Notes under the pieces: model-generated
The model's database searches: none
What the model saw: the letters and a program-made list of their open reading frames with translations, nothing else
Told to the model about the DNA's origin: nothing
IMG/VR virus record: IMGVR_UViG_3300049617_000207
Span: 1 to 64,000 of that record
DNA: 64,000 nucleotides
Direction: 5' to 3' (one strand)
From: a virus
In this document: one piece after another, positions 8,328 through 17,700 of the stretch
How positions within the stretch are numbered: the first letter of the stretch is position 1
How the letters are laid out: each line of letters starts with the position of its first letter
Made by a program: the position numbers and the translations under genes

Positions 8328-10541
8328 TTACGCCGCGTCCGTCTCGTCGGCGAGGTCGTCCTCGTCGTCGGCGAGGCCCGTGGGCTTGAAGACCGCGACC
8401 GCCTCTTCGGGGGCGCCCGTCGTGATCGCACCGGACTCGTCTATCGTATACGGCACCTTCCAGGTGAGCGCCTCATCGTTGCAACGCACATAGGCGTGCT
8501 CGGGGAAGGTCGCGACGACGCTGAGATAGTGCGGCGCGTCGCCCCCGACCGGGGAAGGCGCGTAGTTGGACGAGCCGGTCTCGCTGTAGGTCGGCGGATC
8601 GGAGCAGCCGGAGCCTGCGCAGACGGGGCCGCGGATGCGCTGCAGCATCTCTTCGTAGGAGCCGGGGAAGTCGGTGAGGGCATCGCCGGGCGCCGGGTCG
8701 TCGCCCTTCATGATGTCGCCGATGGTGAGCGCCTTATCCCACGGGCCATGCTCCATGTCGTGTCCGATTTGCACCTGATCGCGGAGCGACTTCCCCGCGA
8801 GCGGCGAGGGCTTCTTGCCGGTCGACGCCGCCTTGGTTTTTTCGTGGTGATCGGTCACGCGTTGGAGCAGGCCCTTGAGGCGCGAGGTGTCGAGGTCCTT
8901 ATTCCCGTGCGCGACGTTCGAGCTTCCGAGATGCGTGCCGTCGTGCGCGTAGGCGTGCCGCTCGTGCGAGTATTTCGCGGTTTGGTGTTTCGAGACGTGC
9001 CCGATGTGGTTGCCCTGGTCGTCGTGCAGGTGATAGTTCTCGTGCATCGTCTTGACCGGCTCGCCCGAGAAGCGGTCGACATGCGCCTCTTTTTTGCGCG
9101 CGACTTTGATGCCGTACTTCGTGCCGGACGATGATTTAATCGTGCCGCTGTACCCGTTGCCCGCGGTGAATTGGCCGGTCGAGGGATCGTGCGCCGTCCC
9201 CTCGCCCTTCATGATGTCTTCGAGCGTAAGCGGCATGATGTCCCCTATCGTTAGCGATTTTTCGTATCCGGCGGCCTCGCGCGCGGTCTGCGTTGACTTA
9301 CTGCGTTTGATCGTACCGCGGAAATGTTCGAGCGCCACGGCGCGCGCGGCGTGTTCGGTGTGCTCCGCATCCGGCCCGCCGGGAGAGTTTACCGACGTGA
9401 CGACCTTCGGCTTTTTGCCCCCGGTGTAGACGCCCTCATGGATCGTACGCCCGCGGTCGGCCTTGTGCTCGACGTGGCCGACCTGGGTGCCTGTATGATC
9501 GTCGTGGACGGTGACGCCCGTCGCGTGCGGCTTGAAGGTGTAGGATCGCTTGGTTTTCGCAAGCGTCATCCCGCCGCCCGCGTGATTGATCCGCTTCGTG
9601 CCCGTCGCGACGAATTTGCCGTCCTCGCCGTGCGCGTGCCCGGCATCGTCGGCCTTCATGATGTCCGCAAGCGTGAGCGACTTCTCGGTAGGCGGCGTGT
9701 AACCCGTATCGGTGAATCCGGCCGCGCGCGCCTCCTCGACGTGCTCGGGCCGGTACGTCTTCTTTGCGGTAAAGGTGACGTCATTCGGATGTAAAGCGGC
9801 AAGCCTCTTGATTGACGCTGCGGCCTTGTTCGCCTTCTTGTGAGACTTGATCGCAGCGTTGATTTCTAAACTACGGTCGCGCCCGTCGTTGCGGTGTAGT
9901 GCGACGGCAAGCGGTACGGCTGCGTGCTCGGCCGTTACGTGCATACCTTTGGCGAGTGCCTGTTTAATATACGCTTCGTGCCGCGGGCCGCCGCACGCGT
10001 CGAAAATAAACGACGATCCCTCGTCGAGCGCCTTCGCGAGACGGGACTTCGCGATGTGGCTCGACAGTTCGTGCGTGATTCCGTCGGCGAAGTGCTCGTG
10101 ATCCGCCAGGCCGTCCTTCTCGCGCAGGTACTTGCCGAACGAGGCGACGTCGGGAAACTCGGTATTCTCCCGCACGTGAGCTTCGAGCGCGGCGCGAAGC
10201 TCCGGCGGATAGGCGGCAAGCTCCGCGTTCGTGCGCGGGCCGGACGAACCGTAGCCCTTGCCGTCACCTTCGCGGTTGCTATAACCGGGGATCGACTGTT
10301 TGATCGCGTCGGGCTCGATGACGTTGGTGATACCGAGCCGCTCGGCCATCTCTTTTGCCAGGCGGCCCTTGCCGCTGCCCGCGCCGCCGATAGTAAAGCC
10401 CGCGTGACGAATCGGCGCCGTCTTGGGCGCCGCCTTCGCAGGCTTCGCGCCGCCGCCGGTGTTGCCAAAGCGGCCGTCGGCGCCGTGCTCGTGGCCGACC
10501 GCGTCGCGTGCCTTAAAAATGTCTTCCAGCGTCCGATGCAA
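8328..10541 (-). CDS. modular head-cargo polyprotein 2 with zeta-toxin-like P-loop kinase
   Basis: GGAGSGKG Walker A, IEPDAIK, HELSS, FIFD; repeated (EK)xLTxxDIMK linkers; AAGGAGG RBS. Confidence 0.75.
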   Translation of the reverse strand: MHRTLEDIFKARDAVGHEHGADGRFGNTGGGAKPAKAAPKTAPIRHAGFTIGGAGSGKGRLAKEMAERLGITNVIEPDAIKQSIPGYSNREGDGKGYGSSGPRTNAELAAYPPELRAALEAHVRENTEFPDVASFGKYLREKDGLADHEHFADGITHELSSHIAKSRLAKALDEGSSFIFDACGGPRHEAYIKQALAKGMHVTAEHAAVPLAVALHRNDGRDRSLEINAAIKSHKKANKAAASIKRLAALHPNDVTFTAKKTYRPEHVEEARAAGFTDTGYTPPTEKSLTLADIMKADDAGHAHGEDGKFVATGTKRINHAGGGMTLAKTKRSYTFKPHATGVTVHDDHTGTQVGHVEHKADRGRTIHEGVYTGGKKPKVVTSVNSPGGPDAEHTEHAARAVALEHFRGTIKRSKSTQTAREAAGYEKSLTIGDIMPLTLEDIMKGEGTAHDPSTGQFTAGNGYSGTIKSSSGTKYGIKVARKKEAHVDRFSGEPVKTMHENYHLHDDQGNHIGHVSKHQTAKYSHERHAYAHDGTHLGSSNVAHGNKDLDTSRLKGLLQRVTDHHEKTKAASTGKKPSPLAGKSLRDQVQIGHDMEHGPWDKALTIGDIMKGDDPAPGDALTDFPGSYEEMLQRIRGPVCAGSGCSDPPTYSETGSSNYAPSPVGGDAPHYLSVVATFPEHAYVRCNDEALTWKVPYTIDESGAITTGAPEEAVAVFKPTGLADDEDDLADETDAA

Positions 10542-10572
10542 CCCTGTCGCCCTCCTTGGCGCACGAGGTCCG

Positions 10573-10773
10573 TTAGGTCGTGGGTTTCACGCGGACCATC
10601 TCGCCATCCGTGAGCGTGTAGGATTCGACCTTTCCGGCCCGGAGGTCGGCGTCGAGTTGCTTTTCCCACGGCTGTACGGGCTCGGGCTTCGCGAGCGGCG
10701 CGAGCCGGTCGTACGCTGCCGCGGCCTTTTTATCGTAGGTCGGTTTCGGGTTAGGAGTCTTGTCTGTTTCCAT
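10573..10773 (-). CDS. hypothetical protein
   Basis: GGAGG RBS, short ORF in operon. Confidence 0.55.
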   Translation of the reverse strand: METDKTPNPKPTYDKKAAAAYDRLAPLAKPEPVQPWEKQLDADLRAGKVESYTLTDGEMVRVKPTT

Positions 10774-11350
10774 CGTGTGTCACCTCCTTCACGTATTCGA
10801 TAAGCGCCGGGAAGGCACCCGCGCCATGCACGTGCCCGGTCGCGTCGCGCGCTTTGGCGACCGCGCCAGGCAGCGCGTAGTGCGCGCGGATCGCCTTCAC
10901 CGCCGTCGCTCGATCCGAGAACGCCAGCGTGTGCGCGCCAAGCGCCCCGTGAACGGTATGCACCGTGAGCTTGCCGACGTTTTGCTCGGGCCGCAGCGTG
11001 CCCGTGATGCCGCACGTCGGACACGTCACGACCGCCGGGCCTGTGTGATCGCCCAGGGTGAGCGGGCGGATACCGACGTTGTCGTCGCCTTCGTTGTGGC
11101 GCTCCGGCAGGGCCGACACGTGCGGCGCCGGTGCCGTGATGATGCCGTTACCCCGCGCGCTGTAGTAGGACGCAGAGCCGTCTTTGAGCGAGAGCAGGCG
11201 GCCCGCATCGGGCGGGCGGATGCGGCCACCGGCGGGGTGCGCGCCGACCGCAATGGCCTGCCCCGGCCGCAAGGGCGCGGGCTCGGGCGGCATCGCTTTC
11301 GCGAGCGCGCGGGTGGCGCGAGCGTGCGTCTCGCGCAGCGTCTCGATCAT
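10751..11350 (-). CDS. CxxC protein, stand-alone paralog of a module of the 2300-aa polyprotein
   Basis: Colinear similarity with the module at nt 13580-14073 (ATRALAK, DAGR, PLTxGD, CPxCGxTG, HTVxGALG, FSDRA). Confidence 0.7.
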   Translation of the reverse strand: MIETLRETHARATRALAKAMPPEPAPLRPGQAIAVGAHPAGGRIRPPDAGRLLSLKDGSASYYSARGNGIITAPAPHVSALPERHNEGDDNVGIRPLTLGDHTGPAVVTCPTCGITGTLRPEQNVGKLTVHTVHGALGAHTLAFSDRATAVKAIRAHYALPGAVAKARDATGHVHGAGAFPALIEYVKEVTHDGNRQDS

Positions 11351-11691
11351 GGCGCGGCCTTGGGATCGGGCGGCGTTCCGAACCGGCCGAAGCGGTCGAT
11401 GGGCGTCTCGGGCGGGTAGTGTTCGAGCCCGAAGAGCGTCGGCGTCCGCTGCAAGAGATAGTAAGCGAAGTCCTCGGGGAACCGCGCCGGGGGCGGGGTG
11501 CCGTGTGGCATGGCCGCAGCGACGGCGGCGAGGTAGCCCCCGACCGTTGTCGTCGGCGCATGGACCTCGTAGGGGTCATATATCGTCTCGCGGCCGTCAC
11601 GCGGGTACGTGGCGCTGCCGGAATTGGACATACCCTCCGGCAGCCACGTGCGCTGCCACTCCCCCGGATCATTCTTGCGTATTTGTATCAT
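11347..11691 (-). CDS. hypothetical protein with its own promoter
   Basis: TTGACT-N18-TATAGT at 11731-11702 immediately upstream. Confidence 0.6.
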   Translation of the reverse strand: MIQIRKNDPGEWQRTWLPEGMSNSGSATYPRDGRETIYDPYEVHAPTTTVGGYLAAVAAAMPHGTPPPARFPEDFAYYLLQRTPTLFGLEHYPPETPIDRFGRFGTPPDPKAAP

Positions 11692-11727
11692 AGCACCTAC
11701 CACTATACTTTATCGCGCGCAGGAAAG

Positions 11728-14700
11728 TCAAGCAGTATAGGCCGACGTTGTCGGCATCGCGACCGTCGCGCCACTCGCATCGTGAAGGAGTGGGTCGGTT
11801 GCCGTCCGCTTCACGCCGAATAGTTCGGCGAGCTTTGCGGCCGTTTCTTTGCGCACTTGAGCAAGTCCACGGTTAAATTCTCCCCACTTGGTCGGGTAGC
11901 CGGTTTCATCCGTCACGCTCCCGGCGTTGTCGAGCACGATTTCCGAAAGACCGATTGCCCAATCCTCTTGGTAGTCGCCTTGCAGCGTATCGTAATTGTC
12001 GCCGGGGGCGGGGCGCTCGAAGTCTTTGGAGTTGTACGCGTGGTCGGTGATGAAGGCACGGATCGAGCGCATCGCGTGCCCGGTGCCGTCGGCGTTATGC
12101 ACGATTTTTACGTTCGGCTCGGTGGTCGTGCCCTTGACCTTCGCGCGCATCCACTTGTTAAACGCCTTCATCTCCTTGCCGAGCGAGCTTCGCGACATCG
12201 CGTGGCAGTATTCGTGGATGAGCGTCCGGTCGCTCCAATCGTGTCCGTTGAAGCTCCCTTTATTCCAGAGACCGACGCCGACCGTCACGAGGCCGGTCTG
12301 CGGAAACGCGAAGCCGCCGTACGGCGTGCCCTCTTTCATGTGATGAAACGAGAGCGTCGTGCCCATGCCGCTGCGCGTCATCGGGCCGAACGTATCGGTG
12401 AGCGTCTTGTCGACGTGCTCGATTTCCGCCATCGAGAGCCCGTGGACGCCGGTGTAACCCTCCTGCGCGCCCAATCTCCCCGCCCCGCCCCATAAAGGAA
12501 ACGCGTCCTCGCCCTCGTCGATGAGGTTTGTGTTGTGAATAAACATCATCGCCTCGCGCGCGACGACCCGGTCAAACGCCGCGTTATGGACGCTGCCGAG
12601 TTTCTTGACCGCCTCGGCCACGGTCTTTGGCTTTATTTCGGCGATGCGGGCGGCGATGTGGCGGGTCTTGCGAATGTAGTCGCGCCGAGCGTCGTCGTCG
12701 GCAAGGTTCTTAATTTTTTGCAGGCGCGCGCTCTCGTAATACATATTCGGAGACTGCGCACGTGCCGCGCCGCGCGACTGCGGGGTCGCGTCCGAGTTGT
12801 TGAGCGTCCCCTCCGTTAAGCTCACGGAGTATCCAACATTACTTTGTAGAAGCGTAATATAGTCTTTTAGTCTATCCGCAGGAACGCTCGCGAGCGCCTC
12901 ATCGCTATCCCACCGATGCAGGCCGTCCGCGGCGGGAGTCCATGTGTCGTGCCCGCCGTAAGTAACAGGCGGGATGGTCTCGCCAAAGAACCGCGCAATG
13001 GGCGAGTATTCGATAGGATTCATCGGCGCACGCGCGCGCGACATTTCGCGGTCGTTGCGCTTCGGTTTGTCGGACTTCGGTTTTGCCGTCGAAGCGGGCG
13101 CCTCGAATTGAAATTCGGTCGCCCATCCGTTTTCGAGCCGACCCATCCCATCGTCGCCGTACGCGGTATCGTTGCAGCGAGTCGGCTTGCCGAATATCGT
13201 AATAGCGGCGTCTAGCTCGCGCTTGTTCGTGAAGCCGTCGATGTTGAGGCGCACGGCACCCTGCTTCTTCTTCGCCTCTTTGGAGAGTGCGGAAAAGACG
13301 TCGTGCAGCGCGCTCTCGTTGCTTGCATAATACGCCTTAAACTTGCAATAGAGACTTTGGTCGACACGCTGGACACTCGCGTCGCCGCTATCGCCTACGT
13401 CGAGATGGACGACGCCGTCGTCGTCGGTGGTCCGCTTGACGCTCGGCCCGGCCGCTGCCGGAGCGGCGGCAGGCTCCGGCTCGTCATCATCGTCGCCCGC
13501 GGCGGCGCCCCCGCCGCCCTGCGAGACGAAGCGGCCGTCGTTGCCGTGATCGTGGCCGACCTCGTCGCGCACCTTCCGCATGGTCGGCGCGGCGGCGTAG
13601 TGATTGCGCACGGCCTCGGTTGCGCTCGCACGATCCGAGAAGATGCGGTCCCCGTGCCCGAGCGCGCCTTTGACGGTGTGCAGGCCCGCGTTGTCCTTCT
13701 GCGGCTCAATCGTGCCGGTGACACCACACTTCGGGCACACGACGACGGCCGAGCCCTCGGGATCGCCGACGGTGAGCGGCACGATGCGGACGTGCCCGTT
13801 GCCCTCATCGGTGCCCTCGGGCTCTTGCACGTGCGAGACGTGTTCGGCCGAGACCGACGCAACGGCGCCCGAGCCCGCGCTATGGTAGGTGACGACGTGG
13901 CCTCCCAGGAGACTCGTGTCCGTGCGCAGCGCGCGCCCGGCGTCGGTCGGCATCGCCATGCCTGCCGCGATGTGCGGCGCGACGTGGATCGCATCGCCCG
14001 GCCGGACCTGTGCGAAGGACTTCGCGAGCGCGCGCGTGGCCGCCGCGTGGACGCGCGAGAGCGGGGTTGCCATCTTTTCCGTGTCCTTCTCTTCCGGCTT
14101 CCAGGCCATCGCTTCGTGTGCGGGCTTCCATAGGTCGTGGTATTCGTTTTGGACGCCGCCGGAGTAGTCCGTCGCGAAGCGCGTGAGCTTGGGATCGAAC
14201 CCCGCGATGACGTCGAGCGGGGCGTCGCGATAGACTTCCCATAACCGGCGCATGTGCTTTTGACCCGCGAGCGACTCGCGCGCTAAGGCGATGTCCTCTT
14301 TCGAGGCGGGCCTTCTCGGCGTGGTCCCTCGGCGGCTGTAGTCCGGGGTGAGGTAGTCGGGTGCCGAGATTTCGTCGAGGTGCTCCTCCCGGTGTGCGAT
14401 TTCCCGGTCGATGTTCTTGAGATGCTTCGGGGCGGCGAGCTTCGCCTTATGCGCGCGGTCGGCATCGGAGACCATCTTTTTCGAGGTCGCCATGTCCATG
14501 CCGTGACCCGCGAGGAGTTTTTGGGCGCACCCGCTTCCGACCAGGCCGCCCGGCTCGACTTCGTAGACGACGTGATGGAGCTTGCCGCATCGGTCGCACT
14601 CGCGCGGCTCGGTGGAGTCGTTGCCTTCGCCCTTCTTCTCTTCATCGGTGCGCAGGTCGTAGCGCGCGACGATCCGCGGCGGCTTGTCGGCCTTTGCGCC

Positions 14701-17700
14701 GCCGCCGCCGGAGGTGAAGCGGCCGTCGTCGCCGTGCTTGTTTCCGTCGTCGTCCACGACCTTCATGATGTCGGCGAGCGTGAGCGCCTTCTCGGTCTCG
14801 TCGGGCTCGTCGAGGTCGACCACGACCTTCGCGGGGAACGAGGTCGCGCCGAGCAGCCGGAGCGCGTTGAAGCGGTGACTGCCTTCGAGCACGTACGGCC
14901 CGTCATGCGCCTGCACGACGATCATCGGGTCGAGTTGCTTACTATCCGCAATCGCCGCGGCTAACGCCTCCGTGCGCTCCTTCTCCGATTTCGAGTAGAA
15001 GCTCGGCGGCCTGCTCACGTCACCAAACGCGGACATGGGCACCTCGCGGATGCCCGGCACAAGCTCGTAGTTGTCGAGCGATGCGCCGATAGACTCGAAA
15101 TTCGCAATCGTCTCGCCGACCTCGCGCCCATCGACGACGTCGCCCACATGAATCCGCGGATACTTCCCGGCCGCCGCAACGGTTGCCTCATCCTTGTCTT
15201 CGAGGCCGGTCTTGGGAGGCGGCTCCGCGACCTTGGGCTTCTCGGGGACCGGCTCGTGTGCGCCCCACCCGAGCGGCTCGCCCGTCTCGCGTTCGATAGC
15301 CGCCTTGATCGCGTGCGCGTCCATATCGCGCGCCGGGTTGATCCACGTGAGCACGCCGTTGGTCACGATGGCGGTGCCGCTCGCGCTGCCCTTGACGTTG
15401 AAGTTGTAAACGACGCCGCCGCGAGGCCCCTTCCCGAGCTTGACGGTAACGCCCTCGGGTATGCCGGTCTTACTCGCGGTCGCGGCTTTCGCGCCGCCCC
15501 CCGTGTTACCAAACCGCCCGTCGGCGCCGTGCTCGTGGCCGACCGCGTCGCGCACCTTCATGATGTCGGCGAGCGTGAGCGCCTTCTCGGTCTCGTGCCG
15601 CGCGATTGCAACGCCGTCGGAGTCGGAGGGCACGCCAACCGACGCCGGGCTAAAGAAACCCGTGCTGCCGACGTCTTCCGCCTTCACGCCGTCGGGCAGC
15701 GAGAGTGGCTGCGTGTCGTTGTTCGAGAGCGACGCGCGCTGGCCGAAAGCCGGGGCATGCGTGTACCCGAGCCGCCGGAGCGCCTCGACGCGGTGGTTCC
15801 CCTCGCTCACCGCCTGCGCCGGGCCGTCGGCGTGATCGGGGTCGACGCTGACCTCTACCGGCTCGCGCAGCCCTTCCTTGGAAACGCTGTCCATTATGGA
15901 CTTGATACGTGCCTCGGACGAATCCTCTCCCGTGTCGTTTCCAGCGATGCGCTTGAGATGCGCGAGCGGCACGAGGCTGACTGCTCCTTTGTCCGCGGGG
16001 TACGACGTCTGCCAATCGCCACCGGGCGAGGTCCATTTTCCGCCCTCGTCGCGCGGCTCCCCGCTCACGTCGTGGACGTGGCCCTTCATGATGTCCGCGA
16101 GCGTGAGCGCCTTCTCGGTCTCGGGCTCGGCATCGTGAATCTTATGCGCGACGACCGCGCCGCCGCGCGCGTGCATCTTCCACGCGCGCGTGACCTTGTC
16201 GAGCCCGATTGGCTTCGGCGCCTTGTAGTAGTAATCGCGTTTATCTTGCGGCGTCTGCTCCGGGTCGTGCTTAATCTCGATCATATAGGTCGGCTTGCCG
16301 GTGACGCGCGGATCGTCGCGGCCATAATTGGCGTACCCCTCGGCGCTTGGCGCGTTATCGTCGAAGCACGTGCCTTCGCTCTTGTCGCTATAGGCGCCCG
16401 AGCTTTGGATGAATCCGGCCTTCTTGTGCGCCTCGAATTCATCGGAGGTCATGCCGCGATAGAGATGCCCCGGCCGCGTCATCTCGCCGACGGCGTCGTT
16501 TCCGGCCTTCCACCCGTCCGGCCGAATCTCCACGCCGCCCGGATCGTCGGGCTTGACGTCCTCCGAGCCCGCGGCGAACCCGTCGCCTGCTGGCCCATTG
16601 CCTGCCGCGCTCGCGCCGGTGCGGCTTTCCCATAACTTATTTCCCTCGGGAGTGCGGTGCGTCGGGCTCGGCTTTAGCTTTGAGCCAAGTTCGCTCTCGA
16701 TGTGGTCATACAAAGCACTCGCAACGCCCTTGCGCCGGTACGCGGGGTCGACCGTCACGCTCGTCACGTAGCTTTTGTCGTCGCTAAGATTAACGCGCGC
16801 AATCTCTTTCGGCGGCGTAACCCCGAATTTCGTCTTCACCGGCTCGCCAATGGTCGCAACGTAGGTGCCGTCGCACGGACTCGATATTTTCGCGCCGTCC
16901 GGCAGATGTTTTCCGCCGCCCGCGCCGCCGGTCGTCCACTTCCCACCCTCGTCGCGCGTTTCGCCGCTAACGTCGTGCTCGTGGCCTTTCATGATGTCCG
17001 CGAGGGTTAGCGCCTTCTCCGTGGGCGCGTCCTCGGGCTTCGGCAGGTCGGCAAGCGGCGTGCCCGGCCCCTTCCCGCGCGCCGCCATCTCCGCCTGATA
17101 CACCTTGCCCGCAATCGGATGCGGGAGTTGCGCCGCACCCTTGAGATACGACGTCCCCCCGCCCGCGTTGCGCAAGGCGAGGTAAAGCTCGGTCTGCGCC
17201 GGGGTCATCGCAACACCGAAATACTTCGCGCGCGGCGTCGTCGTCTCTTGAATGACGCCGTCGCGCTCGATCCACGAGTGCCGCACCCACAGGCCCGACT
17301 CATCCGCCGCGTAGCCCGTGAAGAGCTTGTTCTTCTCGGGGTCGTCGAGGTGCGCGATGGCCGAGTTTTGGTGGCAGTTGTTATGCCCGAATTGGCCTGT
17401 GATTTGCACGGCGCTCGCGCCCGAGTGGTAGGCGCCGTCGCGCAGGATCATCGTGTTGTCGGGGTCTTTTGGGTCCTGGCTGATATAGACCGCATGGCCG
17501 CCGTGATCGAGAATCTTATCGCGCAGCGCCGCGAGGTTTTTGGCGCGGTTGGGCGGGACGTTGGGGATCGGCGCGCCCTTCGTGTCGCCCTGGCGCGTGA
17601 AGCGCGCGACCTCACGCGCAGACATGGCCTCGAAGCCCGCGTGCGCCGCGCCCGCGCCGCCTCCCCCGGCCGTCCACTTACCGTCGGCGTCGCGCGCTTC

